A stretch of DNA of 64,000 nt from Gammaproteobacteria bacterium (GCA_963662545.2 CAXXLL010000003.1:1-64000); one strand, 5' to 3'. Positions 44,198-55,575 are shown, counted from the stretch's first letter. Numbers and translations: made by a program. Notes: generated by a model from the letters alone, not told the origin.

Positions 44198-44725
44198 ATG
44201 AATCCCAGAAGTATCTTGCGGCGTTACCTCGGAGACCGCGAATCGATCGCCAAATCCCGCGTGGCCGGTTGGCTCGGCGCGCGACTCCACGATTCCGAGG
44301 TCTGGCATCTCGGTCGACGCTCCGTCGCCGGCGGAGTATCACTCGGGTTTTTCCTCGCGTTCATTCCCCTCCCCATCCAGATGCTGGTCGCCGCGCCGCT
44401 GGCATTGACGTTCCGGGTCAACCTGCCGGTAACGATGGCGTCGCTCTGGATCACGAACCCCTTCACCTTTGCGCCCATGTACCTTTTTGCCTACAAAGTG
44501 GGCGAATGGATCACGGGGTACCCAGGCGAGGTCGGGGCGCTTGCCTTCCCAAGTTCCTTTTCAGGACTCATCGACATCCTCGGTGAGATCTGGCTGCCCC
44601 TGTGCGTGGGTTGTCTCGTTTGCGGGTGCAGCGCCGCTGCGATCGGTAATGTTTCCGTGCGCTGGATGTGGCGTGCCTATCTTCTCAACCGGCGCCGCAG
44701 GCGGCGTCTCGAACGCGCACGCTAG
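44198..44725 (+). CDS. DUF2062 membrane protein
   Basis: WHL.RRSVAG, PLP.QM, NLP...WITNP; sits between lolD and comEC. Confidence 0.85.
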   Translation: MNPRSILRRYLGDRESIAKSRVAGWLGARLHDSEVWHLGRRSVAGGVSLGFFLAFIPLPIQMLVAAPLALTFRVNLPVTMASLWITNPFTFAPMYLFAYKVGEWITGYPGEVGALAFPSSFSGLIDILGEIWLPLCVGCLVCGCSAAAIGNVSVRWMWRAYLLNRRRRRRLERAR

Positions 44726-44779
44726 CAGCCTTTCATAGGTTGGTTCTTAAGCCCGTAGTTCCCAAATACCGTTTTAACG

Positions 44780-44869
44780 AACCACAGAGATCACAAAGGA
44801 AACCATTATCTTTTGACCTGTAAAGAGTCTTTTTTCCGTTTCTCTGTGTACTCTGTGATCTCTGTGGTT
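44780..44869. repeat. Palindromic intergenic repeat (AACCACAGAG-type)
   Basis: AACCACAGAGATCACAAAG / CTCTGTGATCTCTGTGGTT, with 9-bp CTCTGTG iterations. Confidence 0.65.
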
Positions 44870-44908
44870 CATTGCGATCGTAAATCGGAACCGCGAGTTT
44901 ATTAACTA

Positions 44909-46605
44909 GTGTGCATCCCTAAACGCGATGCGGTTGAAATAAAAAGGAAAATTTGTCGCTTAAGGGATCGAAACCTCCGGTGGGTCGTGATCTAATGGAA
45001 CTTCAAACCTCTGATTTTCCACACAATCATCGACACCACAGGAGGGGGAATGCGTCAGAAACGCACGGCCCAAGCGAGTATATACGAGCTGTTTGCTGAC
45101 CATGACCTGGGGCGAGAGCTGCAGGGCATGTCCGAGTGGCTCGATGCTCACCCCAAGGTCCTCACGCCGGTCATGAACGATCTGTGTCGGCGGGGTTTGA
45201 AGCCCACCGGTCGACGCGGACTGTCGGCGGAGTCGGTGCTGCGCTGCGCGGTGCTCAAGCAGCACCGGCAATTGAGTTACGAGGAGCTGGCCTTTCACCT
45301 GCAGGACTCGGCGAGCTTTCAGGCCTTCGCCCGGTTGCCGGGTAATGAACGTCCGAAGAAGTCTGCCTTACAGCGGGTGGTCTCGGCGATCCAGGTATCG
45401 ACGTGGGAGTCTATTCATCGCGCCCTGCTGGCGACGGCGAAAGAGACGCGCATTGAGCCGGCACAGCGTGTACGGATTGATAGCACGGTAACGGACAGTG
45501 CCATCCACGCGCCGAGCGACAGTCATCTGCTGTGGGATGGCGTGCGTGTTGTGGTTCGTCTGCTCGCACAGGCGCGCGAGTTGCCTGGCGCGCCGGAGTT
45601 GTGCTTCGTGAACCACACTCGATTGGCGAAGAAGCGTGCGCGGGCGCTGTGGTATGCGCGTGGTGCGAAGCAACGCCAACGTCTGTATCGCGATTTGATT
45701 GGGGCGACGCGTTCAACCTTGGAAGCGGTAGCGAGGGTACGTGAGCAGCTGCTGAGCCCGGGCGTCACCGGCGTTGAACTGCCGGACTGGCTAGCGCAGG
45801 TAGCGCACTACGAAACACTTGTTCTGCAGGTGATTTCGCAAACTGAGCGGCGGGTGTTCGGCGGTGAGAAGGTCCCCGCGAGCGAGAAGTGCGTGAGCTT
45901 GTTCGAGCCGCATACCGACATCATCATAAAGGGTGCGCGCGACGTTCAGTACGGACACAAAATCAATCTGGCTTCGGGGCGCAGTGGCCTCATCCTCGAC
46001 GTGGTCATCGAGCGAGGCAATCCGGTCGATAGTCAGCGCTTCATGCCGATGCTCGAACGGCATCGAACACACTACGGGACGATGCCACGACAGGTCGCCG
46101 CCGATGGCGGCTATGCGAGCCTCGACAATCTCCGGGCGGCGAAAGCAGAAGGCATCGAAGACGTTGCCTTCCACAAGAAGCGCGGGCTCGCGATCGCCGA
46201 CATGGTCAAGAGTCAGTGGGTCTATCGACGCTTGCGCAACTTCCGCGCCGGCATCGAGGCCGGTATCTCCTGCCTGAAGCGTGCATACGGATTGGCACGT
46301 TGCACCTGGAAGAGCCTGCCGCACTTCGAAGCCTACGTGTGGTCTTCTGTGGTCGCCTACAACCTCAGCCTGCTCGCGCGCTATCAACTCGAATAGCGAC
46401 GTTCACTCGCACTAACTGACCTCCTCGATATCGTCGAACGGGCGACTTTGGGTTGCAGCGCTCTGCGGCCGGCGAACGTACTCACAATTACGCTCGAAGA
46501 GCCCTTCGACCCCCACCGAACCGCCGCTACCGCTCCAACAACCTACTTTCAACACCTCGATTTCTCCGTGCCCATCGAAGAAAATGCCTGTTTATGGACG
46601 GACAC
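44909..46605 (+). mobile_element. ISNCY-type insertion sequence, copy 1 (1697 bp)
   Basis: TIR GTGTGCATCCCTAAAC / GTTTATGGACGGACAC; 6-bp duplication TAACTA. Confidence 0.9.
45050..46396 (+). CDS. ISNCY-family DDE transposase
   Basis: RIDSTV, SLFEPHTDII.KG, ADGGY, FRAGIEAGISCLKR. Confidence 0.88.
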   Translation: MRQKRTAQASIYELFADHDLGRELQGMSEWLDAHPKVLTPVMNDLCRRGLKPTGRRGLSAESVLRCAVLKQHRQLSYEELAFHLQDSASFQAFARLPGNERPKKSALQRVVSAIQVSTWESIHRALLATAKETRIEPAQRVRIDSTVTDSAIHAPSDSHLLWDGVRVVVRLLAQARELPGAPELCFVNHTRLAKKRARALWYARGAKQRQRLYRDLIGATRSTLEAVARVREQLLSPGVTGVELPDWLAQVAHYETLVLQVISQTERRVFGGEKVPASEKCVSLFEPHTDIIIKGARDVQYGHKINLASGRSGLILDVVIERGNPVDSQRFMPMLERHRTHYGTMPRQVAADGGYASLDNLRAAKAEGIEDVAFHKKRGLAIADMVKSQWVYRRLRNFRAGIEAGISCLKRAYGLARCTWKSLPHFEAYVWSSVVAYNLSLLARYQLE

Positions 46606-46613
46606 TAACTAAG

Positions 46614-47309
46614 CTACGGCAAGCTGTTATCGACTGGCTGCAACAGGCCGTCGTCGAGACGATAGTGCCGGTTCATGCGCGCGGCCACCTGTTCGTTGTG
46701 CGTGACGATCACGACCGCCGCCCGTTCCCCGTGACACAACTCGAGCAGCAGATCGCACGCGATCGCCGCATTGCGAGCATCCAGGTTTCCGGTCGGCTCG
46801 TCCGCAAGCAGGCACTTCGGCGAGTTAACGATCGCGCGCGCGATCGCGACGCGCTGCCGTTCGCCGCCGGAGAGTTCAGCCGGGCGATGTCCTGCACGCG
46901 CGCCAAGACCGACTCGCTCGAGGACTGCCTGCGCGCGGTCCGCCGCTTCGGCACCGCGCATCCGCCCGATGAGCAGCGGCATGGCGACATTTTCCAAAGC
47001 GGAAAATTCCGGCAGAAGATGATGGAACTGGTATACGAAACCGAGCATCTGGTTTCTGAGGTGTCCGCATTCGCGATCCTTGAGGGTGGCGAGGTTGCGG
47101 CCACACAACATCACGCAACCCGCGCCCGGCTGATCCAAACCGCCAAGCAGGTGTAGAAGCGTACTCTTGCCTGATCCGGATGCACCGCTGACCGCGACGG
47201 TTTCGCCAGCATTCACCGTCATATCGATGCCCTTTAATACCTCGATGCGGGCATCGCCATCCGCAAAACTTCGCGTAATACCGCGGCACTCGATCACCAC
47301 GTCACTCAT
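46614..47309 (-). CDS. lolD: Lipoprotein-releasing ABC transporter ATPase
   Basis: [39 protein letters not shown]. Confidence 0.93.
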   Translation of the reverse strand: MSDVVIECRGITRSFADGDARIEVLKGIDMTVNAGETVAVSGASGSGKSTLLHLLGGLDQPGAGCVMLCGRNLATLKDRECGHLRNQMLGFVYQFHHLLPEFSALENVAMPLLIGRMRGAEAADRAQAVLERVGLGARAGHRPAELSGGERQRVAIARAIVNSPKCLLADEPTGNLDARNAAIACDLLLELCHGERAAVVIVTHNEQVAARMNRHYRLDDGLLQPVDNSLP

Positions 47310-48561
47310 GCCGAAGTCCTTCGCTCGGCACCGTGCTCACCGCGAGCCAAGCGGGATAAAGCGGCGCGAGCACGCTCAACAACCCAGCGAGCACGGCCGT
47401 GACGATGAGGTCCGGCATGCGGAGTTCGGAAGGAATGTCGCTGATGTAGTAAACCTCGGGCGACAGGATCTTAAACCCTATGACCGTCTCGAAAAACGTC
47501 ACGATAGCGCCGACGTTCAAGGCCAGCACCACGCCGACGACCAAACCGACACCCACGCCGACGATCCCCGTGATCCCGCCCTGAATCAGGAACACCCGCA
47601 TCAATGCACCGCGCTCCATGCCCAGCGACCCCAGCATCGCAATGTCCGGGCGCTTTTCGGTCACGGCCATGACGAGTATCGAGACGATATTGAACGCCGC
47701 GATACCAATTGCGATCGCGAGAATACTGAACATTACGATCTTTTCAGTTTTCAATGCGCGGAACAGGTTCCGATGCATCTGCGTCCAGTCCCGGGTTTCG
47801 GCGAAACCCATATCGAGGCCGCGGAGCAGTTTCGTCAACTCGCCTCTTATGGTCGGCGCGAGTGACGCGTCTTTGAGGACCGCGCGAACGCCGTCGATAC
47901 CGGGCCCCGTACGAAACAGGCGCTGCGCATCGACCAGATGGATCAGCCCCAAACCCGAATCGTGCTCGTTCAAACCGAATTCAAAGATCCCGATAACTTC
48001 GAATCGCTTCAGCCGCGGCAACAACCCCGCCGGCGTAACAATGGGCTGCGGCGCGATCAGGGTGAGCCTGTCACCCGGCGACACCCCGAAGGCGTCGGCG
48101 AGTTCGCGCCCGATCACGATACGAAAACTCCCGGGTTCAAGCTCGTTCAGCCTGCCTTTACGCATGTGTGCATCCACGGACGTCACCCGCTGTTCGAGTT
48201 CGGGCACGATGCCCCGCACTTCCACGGCGCGAACGATGCCGTGGCGAGACAGGAGTACGTCGCGGCTGACGAAAGGTGCCGCGCCGACTACAGAGGGATT
48301 TCCGGCAACGGCGTTGACGAGTGCGGGCCAATCGCGGACGGCTTTATCGTCGGTTTCGACGACAATATGCGATGTCATGCCAAGAATGCGTTCGCGCAGT
48401 TCACCCTCGAAGCCGTTCATAATCGACAGTATCGTGAGGAGGACGGCAACGCCTAGCGCCGTCGCCACGATGGAAGTCACGGACATGAAGGCGATAAAGT
48501 GATTACCGCGGCTGGCGAATATGTAGCGTGTGCCGATGAAGGCTTCGACTGGCGAAAACAT
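47302..48561 (-). CDS. Lipoprotein-releasing ABC transporter permease (LolC/E)
   Basis: SIMNGFE.ELRERILG, AAFNIVS.L.M.V.EK, YPAW.A. Confidence 0.92.
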   Translation of the reverse strand: MFSPVEAFIGTRYIFASRGNHFIAFMSVTSIVATALGVAVLLTILSIMNGFEGELRERILGMTSHIVVETDDKAVRDWPALVNAVAGNPSVVGAAPFVSRDVLLSRHGIVRAVEVRGIVPELEQRVTSVDAHMRKGRLNELEPGSFRIVIGRELADAFGVSPGDRLTLIAPQPIVTPAGLLPRLKRFEVIGIFEFGLNEHDSGLGLIHLVDAQRLFRTGPGIDGVRAVLKDASLAPTIRGELTKLLRGLDMGFAETRDWTQMHRNLFRALKTEKIVMFSILAIAIGIAAFNIVSILVMAVTEKRPDIAMLGSLGMERGALMRVFLIQGGITGIVGVGVGLVVGVVLALNVGAIVTFFETVIGFKILSPEVYYISDIPSELRMPDLIVTAVLAGLLSVLAPLYPAWLAVSTVPSEGLRHE

Positions 48562-48624
48562 GGCTGCGAATTATAGCGAAATGGCGAAGATCATCCGTTG
48601 CGATACCGGAAACGTCCAATGGCA

Positions 48625-49290
48625 ATGAACATTCTTGCACTCGAAACGTCGGCGGATGCGTGTTCGGTCGCAGTTTACAGCGAGCGCGTGCTCGTAGAAC
48701 GCCATGAAGTAGCGCCGAGACGCCACACCGAATTGATCTTCGCCCTGATCGACGAAGCATTGGAAGAGGCGCGAATCGATCGCAAGGCGATCGATCTCGT
48801 TGCATTCGGACGGGGACCCGGTTCCTTTACCGGTGTCAGAATCGCGGCGTCGGTGGCGCAAGGCATCGCCTTCGCCCACGATCTGCCAGTCGCCCCCGTT
48901 TCAACGCTGTTTGCCCTTGCGGCCGGCGCCGCACGTCTGTTCGACGCCGCCAAGGTCGTTACCGTTACGGACGCGAGACGCAAAGAAATCTATACCGCTG
49001 CGTACGAATTAAATGAAGACCTTAGTAGCACCCGTGTAGTCGACGCGGAGAGGGTCATCGCACCCGAGGATTTCAGGCTGCCTGCAACGGCGGATTGGGT
49101 GGCGGTCGGGAACGGCTGGAAAGAATACGAAAATCGCTTCGCGCCGGCGATGATACCGCCACGGCGCCCAGACCTGCCGCACCCACGGGCGCGCGACGTC
49201 GCGCGCATCGCCGCCATCATGCACGAATCTGGGCAATCCGTTGCGCCGCGCGATGCCCTGCCGGTCTACCTCCGCAAAGGTGTCGATTGA
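48625..49290 (+). CDS. tsaB: tRNA threonylcarbamoyladenosine biosynthesis protein TsaB
   Basis: ILALETS..CSVA, GPGSFTGVRI, DARRKEIY, P.YLR. Confidence 0.95.
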   Translation: MNILALETSADACSVAVYSERVLVERHEVAPRRHTELIFALIDEALEEARIDRKAIDLVAFGRGPGSFTGVRIAASVAQGIAFAHDLPVAPVSTLFALAAGAARLFDAAKVVTVTDARRKEIYTAAYELNEDLSSTRVVDAERVIAPEDFRLPATADWVAVGNGWKEYENRFAPAMIPPRRPDLPHPRARDVARIAAIMHESGQSVAPRDALPVYLRKGVD

Positions 49291-49428
49291 TCGAACGCCC
49301 AACTCGAACAAGCTCGACCATCTAGCGCCGGTACGGGGAATGTGATTTCGGCATCGTGATACCTCCTCTGCCAAGTCGTTGAGGTATCTACCAAACCAGG
49401 TCAACTCCACTACCCGACACATGAATCG

Positions 49429-50182
49429 TCATGCACGGGCCATCGGCACGCGCACGACCGAACTCGTTACCTGACCCGCGGCGCTGAGATCGATGATCCG
49501 GTAGCCGGGCGCCCTCGCATCCGCAGCGTAGCGCGTCGCCCGGGGCATGAATTGAACACAGGTCGACGGCGTAGCGAGAACCCGAACGCGCCCGCGGTAC
49601 CAGTCTAGGTTCTGGTGTACGTGTCAATGCAACGAGGCGAACGGCGGGATGCGCATCTATCGCCGACCACAATGCATCCGGCGAAACCAACCCCATCGCA
49701 TCCATCCAGGGGCTGCCGATCGATGCCGGATGATGATGCAGAAACACGGCAGCGTAATCGTCGTCGGCGGCGCCCAGCGAGCGGTTCAACCAATCGATCT
49801 GCGCCGCTTCGATCTCGCCATGCGCGCAATCATCGACCTGGGTATCCAGCAGGATCAGATGCCATTCGGCAATCACATAACAGAGCGGCGCTGGTGCGGC
49901 CGTACTCAAGCCCGATTCGGCTAAGAACCGCGGCTGATCGTGGTTCCCGGGCAGGCACAGCACCGGGACTTCTTCTGCCAGCATATGCCGCAAATATCCG
50001 TATGCCTCGCGACTGCCGTCCATCGCCAGGTCACCGGTCAGCAATAGCCCGTCGTAAGCAGGATTGAATCGATGCAGGTGCTTTATCACGCGCTCGAAAC
50101 TTGCTCGCGTATCCACGCCTTCGAAACAATCTCCGGCCTCGGCGTAGATGTGCGTATCGGTTATTTGAATAAGGCGGATCAT
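49429..50182 (-). pseudogene. cpdA: 3',5'-cAMP phosphodiesterase CpdA, frameshifted
   Basis: TDTH, TGDL, PGNHD, HHHP. The expected FGHVHQ..ATPSTC tail is in another frame after an apparent 2-bp loss at 49625/49626. Confidence 0.8.
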
Positions 50183-50266
50183 GCGCGCGGCAGGTCAAAT
50201 GAGCCATGACAGCATTGGCGCACAAGGTTAGCATGAAAGGTGTTAGTGCAAAGATCGATAACGGTT

Positions 50267-50929
50267 ATGGCAAACAAAACAATCGTGCTAAATAACAGCC
50301 TTTACGACTATTACCGTGGTGTGTCATTGCGCGAAGACCCGTTGCTCGAGGCATTACGCAAAGAAACCGAAGGCATGCGCGGTGCCGGTATGCAAATCGC
50401 GCCCGAACAGGGCCAGTTCATGAGCTTGCTGGCTCGAATCAGCGGTGTAAAAAAGGCGCTCGAGATCGGCGTGTATACCGGTTACAGCGCCTTGTGCGTG
50501 GCACGTGCACTGCCACCCGATGGACGTCTTATTGCGTGCGACGTCAACCGGGAATGGACGAACCTCGCACGGCGCTATTGGGAACGGGCGGGCGTCGCCG
50601 ACAAGATCGAACTTCGGCTCAAACCGGCCAGCGAAACCTTGCAGGAAATGCTCGACGCCGGTGAACGAGGCAAGATCGACTTCACCTTCATCGATGCCGA
50701 CAAGGAAAACTACGTGCGCTACTTTGAATACGCGTTGGAACTTTCTAAACCAGGCGCGCTGATCCTCGTCGACAACGTTCTCTGGGGCGGGAAGGTCGCG
50801 AACGATACGGTCCACGATACGGACACCATGGCGATCCGGGATCTGAATGCGCGACTGCATAATGACGATCGCATCGAACTGGCAATGCTGCCGCTGGGAG
50901 ACGGTTTGACGATTGCGGTTAAACGCTGA
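50267..50929 (+). CDS. Class I SAM-dependent O-methyltransferase (CCoAOMT-like)
   Basis: MQIAPEQG, LEIGVYTGYS, FIDADK, DNVLW.G, GDGL. Confidence 0.92.
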   Translation: MANKTIVLNNSLYDYYRGVSLREDPLLEALRKETEGMRGAGMQIAPEQGQFMSLLARISGVKKALEIGVYTGYSALCVARALPPDGRLIACDVNREWTNLARRYWERAGVADKIELRLKPASETLQEMLDAGERGKIDFTFIDADKENYVRYFEYALELSKPGALILVDNVLWGGKVANDTVHDTDTMAIRDLNARLHNDDRIELAMLPLGDGLTIAVKR

Positions 50930-51205
50930 GCGGTTGGCAGCCCGGCTGGCGCCGTGCGCGAAAAGCATCCCAAGGGGCGACGAAATCCCAGCGCCTCCCG
51001 GCTCACGACAGCGCCATTTCCGGCGCCGCTTCCCGTCCGCAGCTCCCTTGCGCTGCCTCCTTCGGGGGCGTTCCGTGCGGTGGCCCAGGATGGGCCGCTT
51101 TGATGCCGAAATTAGACCTCGTCGCTAACGCGCTGATCTATGAAAGAAACCTCGATCTTATCCCCAGATTACGCGCAATTTTCGCATAGCTTACTCTTGA
51201 CAAAT

Positions 51206-51262
51206 ACACATTATGTTGGGGTGTTGAATTCTCTTGACCACAATCTATTGTGGTGTTATACA
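51206..51262 (+). promoter_or_regulatory. Tandem NrdR boxes overlapping a sigma70-type promoter for nrdAB
   Basis: ACACATTATGTTGGGG (51206-51221) and CCACAATCTATTGTGG (51238-51253), 32 bp apart; TTGACC-17bp-TATACA. Confidence 0.7.
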
Positions 51263-51345
51263 GTCGCTTACGTTATATTTATAAGAAGATTTACGAGCCG
51301 TTTTCAAGCGGCCGTAACAACAGAATCTAGGCGTCTGGAGGGGCT

Positions 51346-54231
51346 ATGGAATTGGAGAATGCCGCCGTACGGACGGAGACCGTTCCGCTGCACTCACAAC
51401 AAGCTAGCGACGCAGCCGTTGCCATCGCAGCGACAGCGCCGGGTGAGTTCAGGGTCATCCGCCGCAACGGCAAGGTCACCGCATTCGACGGCAACAAAAT
51501 AAAGGTCGCGCTGACCAAGGCATTCCTCGCAGTCGAGGGCAGTAACGCCGCAGCGTCCACCCGCATTCACAACCTGGTCGAAGAGTTGGCGCAGCAAATC
51601 GCAGCGGCTGTCACGCGGCGCATGCCGTCGGGTGGAGCGACCCACATCGAGGACATTCAGGATCATGTCGAGTTGGCGCTGATGCGCGCCGGCGAACACA
51701 AAGTCGCGCGTTCTTACGTGCTCTACCGCGAGGATCGGTCGCGCAAACGCAAAGCGCAGCAACGCGAACAAGCACCCGTAATAAAGCAAAATACTATCAA
51801 CGTCAGCCTGCCCGACGGCGCCAAAGTCCCGCTGGACAAAAAGCGGCTGCAACAGGTCGTCGAAGAGGCCTGCTCCGGCATTCAGGGCGCCGATGCCGAC
51901 GCCGTGATCAAGGAGACCATGCGATCGCTGTTCGACGGTGTCGCCGAATCCGACATTCCCAAAGCGGTGACGATGAGCGCGCGGATGTTCATCGAACGCG
52001 AACCGAATTACACCTACGTTGCCGCGCGACTGCTGCTCGATGCGTTGCGCCAGGAAGCCTTGAGTTTCGTCAGCAAGCACAAGGATGAAGCGACCCATCA
52101 CGAAATGGCCGATCGCTATCCGCTTTATTTCGAAGCCTACGTCAAGCGGGCCATTGATCTGGAGCTGATGGATCCGCGCCTGGGTAATTACGATCTCGTA
52201 CGCCTCGGCGAGGCGATCAAACCCGAACGTGATTTCAACTTCAACTACCTTGGCATGCAGACGCTCTACGATCGGTATTTCCTACACAGCCAGGAGACCC
52301 GGTTCGAGCTGCCGCAAGCGTTCTTCATGCGTGTGGCCATGGGTCTGTCGATCAACGAAATCGATCCGGAATCGTGGACCATCGAGTTTTACGACCTGCT
52401 CTCGACTTTTGACTTTATGAGCAGTACGCCAACCCTGTTCAATTCGGGGACTTTACGGCCGCAGCTCTCGTCGTGCTATCTCACCACCGTGCCCGATGAC
52501 CTCAACGGTATTTTCAGCGCGATCCGGGACGACGCACTGCTGTCCAAATTCGCCGGCGGCCTCGGTAACGATTGGACGCCGGTGCGGGGAATGGGAGCCC
52601 ACATCAAGGGAACGAACGGTAAATCGCAAGGGGTCGTACCCTTTCTCAAAGTCGCAAATGATACAGCCGTCGCCGTCAACCAGGGCGGTAAACGAAAGGG
52701 CGCCATGTGCGCGTATCTCGAGACATGGCATATGGATATCGAGGAATTCCTCGAACTGCGAAAGAACACGGGCGACGATCGGCGCCGTACGCACGACATG
52801 AACACCGCGAACTGGGTACCGGATCTGTTCATGAAGCGCGTATGCGAGGACGGTGAATGGACGCTGTTTTCCCCCGATGAAGTACCTGATTTACACGACC
52901 TCTTCGGTGCCGAGTTCGAAAAAAGATATCGGGAGTACGAGGACAAGGCCACACGCGGAGAAATCCGCAATGTAAAACGCCTGAGGGCCGTCGATCTGTG
53001 GCGCAAGATGCTGGGTATGCTCTTCGAGACCGGGCATCCGTGGATAACGTTCAAGGATGCGGCTAACCTCCGCTCGCCCCAGCAGCACACTGGCGTCGTG
53101 CACAGCTCCAACCTGTGTACCGAGATTACCTTGAATACGTCCGCGGGCCATGAAATAGCGGTCTGCAATCTCGGTTCCATCAATCTCGCGCAGCACATGG
53201 ACGACGACGGCCTCAACCTTAAGAAGCTGGAGCACACGGTGACCATCGCCATGCGCATGCTCGACAACGTCATCGACTACAACTACTACAGCGTATCGAC
53301 CGCGAGAGCCTCCAACCTGCGGCACCGTCCGGTGGGCCTGGGCCTCATGGGATTCCAGGACTGCCTGTACAAACTTCGCCTGCCGTATGCATCCGATGAA
53401 GCCGTTAATTTCGCGGATGAATCGATGGAAGCGGTCAGTTATTTCGCGATCAAGGCGTCTACCGATCTGGCGGCCGAGCGCGGCGTTTACCCAAGCTTCG
53501 ACGGCTCGCTGTGGAGCAAGGGCATTCTGCCCATCGATTCTATCAGTCTGCTCGACGAAGGCCGGGGCGGATACCACGACATGAACCGCGATTCGAGCAT
53601 GAATTGGGCGGCGCTGCGCGAGCGCGTTGAACAAACGGGTATGCGCAATTCTAATTGCATGGCGATCGCACCGACAGCGACGATTTCGAACATCTGCGGC
53701 GTTACCCAGTCGATCGAGCCCACTTATCAGAATTTGTTCGTGAAGGCGAATCTCTCGGGCGACTTCACGGTCGTCAATATGTACCTCGTTGATGAATTGA
53801 AGGAACGCCGCTTATGGGATGAGGTCATGGTCAACGACCTCAAGTACTACGACGGTAGCGCGGCGCAGATAGATCGTATTCCCGACGAACTCAAGCAAAT
53901 CTACGCCACTGCTTTCGAGGTCGACCCTCGCTGGCTGGTCGAGGCGGGATCGCGCCGCCAGAAATGGCTGGACCAGGCGCAATCCTTGAATCTGTATATG
54001 TCAGAACCGAATGGCGCGAAGCTCGATAACCTTTACAAGCTGGCATGGGTTCGCGGTCTCAAGACGACCTACTACTTGCGCACCTTGGGCGCGACCCATG
54101 TCGAAAAAAGCACCTTGGCGGACGGCAAGCTCAATGCCGTCGCCGGAATGGTCATTACGGACCCAACGGAAAAGCAAGAAGCTCCGTTAGTGTGCTCGGT
54201 AGTGGATCTGGAATGCGACGCCTGCCAATAG
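51346..54231 (+). CDS. nrdA: Ribonucleoside-diphosphate reductase alpha subunit (class Ia, ATP-cone)
   Basis: VIRRNG ATP cone, TPTLFNSG, SSCY, SNLCTEI, APTATIS, KTTYY, C-terminal CDACQ. Confidence 0.97.
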   Translation: MELENAAVRTETVPLHSQQASDAAVAIAATAPGEFRVIRRNGKVTAFDGNKIKVALTKAFLAVEGSNAAASTRIHNLVEELAQQIAAAVTRRMPSGGATHIEDIQDHVELALMRAGEHKVARSYVLYREDRSRKRKAQQREQAPVIKQNTINVSLPDGAKVPLDKKRLQQVVEEACSGIQGADADAVIKETMRSLFDGVAESDIPKAVTMSARMFIEREPNYTYVAARLLLDALRQEALSFVSKHKDEATHHEMADRYPLYFEAYVKRAIDLELMDPRLGNYDLVRLGEAIKPERDFNFNYLGMQTLYDRYFLHSQETRFELPQAFFMRVAMGLSINEIDPESWTIEFYDLLSTFDFMSSTPTLFNSGTLRPQLSSCYLTTVPDDLNGIFSAIRDDALLSKFAGGLGNDWTPVRGMGAHIKGTNGKSQGVVPFLKVANDTAVAVNQGGKRKGAMCAYLETWHMDIEEFLELRKNTGDDRRRTHDMNTANWVPDLFMKRVCEDGEWTLFSPDEVPDLHDLFGAEFEKRYREYEDKATRGEIRNVKRLRAVDLWRKMLGMLFETGHPWITFKDAANLRSPQQHTGVVHSSNLCTEITLNTSAGHEIAVCNLGSINLAQHMDDDGLNLKKLEHTVTIAMRMLDNVIDYNYYSVSTARASNLRHRPVGLGLMGFQDCLYKLRLPYASDEAVNFADESMEAVSYFAIKASTDLAAERGVYPSFDGSLWSKGILPIDSISLLDEGRGGYHDMNRDSSMNWAALRERVEQTGMRNSNCMAIAPTATISNICGVTQSIEPTYQNLFVKANLSGDFTVVNMYLVDELKERRLWDEVMVNDLKYYDGSAAQIDRIPDELKQIYATAFEVDPRWLVEAGSRRQKWLDQAQSLNLYMSEPNGAKLDNLYKLAWVRGLKTTYYLRTLGATHVEKSTLADGKLNAVAGMVITDPTEKQEAPLVCSVVDLECDACQ

Positions 54232-54261
54232 GCTCGATTGCGGGATTACAGGGAGAGATTA

Positions 54262-55524
54262 ATGCTAAATTGGGATGATCCGGTTTCGAAATTCAAAAGC
54301 ACAAAAGAAACGCCGGGTGCGAAAGCGATGATGGCCAGCGAGGCGCTGGCCGCAGTCGAGCGGGCTGAGGAACGGGTCGCGAATTCCGTCAAACAGACGC
54401 TGACGGTCTCGCCGGCGCCCGTCATCGATCGTTCGCCCGATACAGGTTCAGATGATAATGAAGGCGAACAGGGCTTAACCGGCCTCGAACAGGTCGCCTT
54501 CGGCGCGCGTCGTCTGGTTGTCGACGACAAGAAGATGATCAACTGCCGGGCGGACTTGAACCAACTCGTACCGTTCAAATACAAGTGGGCCTGGCAAAAA
54601 TACCTGGACGGTTGCGCCAATCATTGGATGCCGCAGGAAATCAACATGAATGCGGACATCAGCCTTTGGAAAGATCCCAATGGGCTGACCGATGACGAAC
54701 GCACCATAGTCAAACGAAATCTCGGCTTCTTTTCAACCGCCGATTCGCTGGTTGCAAACAACCTTGTACTCGCGGTTTATCGGCATATCACGAACCCTGA
54801 ATGCCGGCAGTATCTCCTTCGCCAGGCGTTTGAAGAGGCACTGCATACGCATGCCTACCAGTATTGCATCGAGAGCCTGGGGCTGGACGAAGCAGAAGTT
54901 TTCAACATGTACCGCGAGGTTCCGACAGTCCATGACAAGGCCGCCTGGGCCATGCAGTTTACCGACAGCCTCGGCGATCCACAGTTCGTAACCGGCACGC
55001 CCGAAGCCGATCAACGTTTACTACGCGATCTCATCGCATTCTACGTGGTGTTCGAAGGCATCTTTTTTTACGTCGGCTTCGTGCAGATCCTGTCCATGGG
55101 ACGGCGCAACAAGATGACCGGTGTAGCGGAGCAGTTTCAATACATCTTGCGCGACGAATCCATGCACATGAACTTTGGCATCGACGTAATCAATCAGATC
55201 AAGGTCGAGAATCCGCATATCTGGACCCCATCTTTTCAGGCTCAGATAGTCTCGCTGCTCCGTGAAGCTGTCGATTTGGAAATCGCGTACGCCCACGACA
55301 CCGTGCCGAGAGGCGTCCTGGGCCTCAACGCCGTCATGTTCGAAGACTACTTGCAATTTATAGCCAATCGACGATGCGCTCAAATCGGGCTGCCCGAGCA
55401 ATATCCCGGGGCGACCAATCCATTTCCCTGGATGAGTGAAGTGATCGACCTCAAGAAGGAGAAGAATTTCTTTGAAACTCGGGTAACCGAGTACCAGACC
55501 GGCGGCGCTCTTAGCTGGGACTAA
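54262..55524 (+). CDS. nrdB: Ribonucleoside-diphosphate reductase beta subunit
   Basis: [31 protein letters not shown]. Confidence 0.97.
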   Translation: MLNWDDPVSKFKSTKETPGAKAMMASEALAAVERAEERVANSVKQTLTVSPAPVIDRSPDTGSDDNEGEQGLTGLEQVAFGARRLVVDDKKMINCRADLNQLVPFKYKWAWQKYLDGCANHWMPQEINMNADISLWKDPNGLTDDERTIVKRNLGFFSTADSLVANNLVLAVYRHITNPECRQYLLRQAFEEALHTHAYQYCIESLGLDEAEVFNMYREVPTVHDKAAWAMQFTDSLGDPQFVTGTPEADQRLLRDLIAFYVVFEGIFFYVGFVQILSMGRRNKMTGVAEQFQYILRDESMHMNFGIDVINQIKVENPHIWTPSFQAQIVSLLREAVDLEIAYAHDTVPRGVLGLNAVMFEDYLQFIANRRCAQIGLPEQYPGATNPFPWMSEVIDLKKEKNFFETRVTEYQTGGALSWD

Positions 55525-55575
55525 TTGGGCATTAGACCAGACCTCCTCGCATGGGAGCTAAGATGCGCTGCATTA

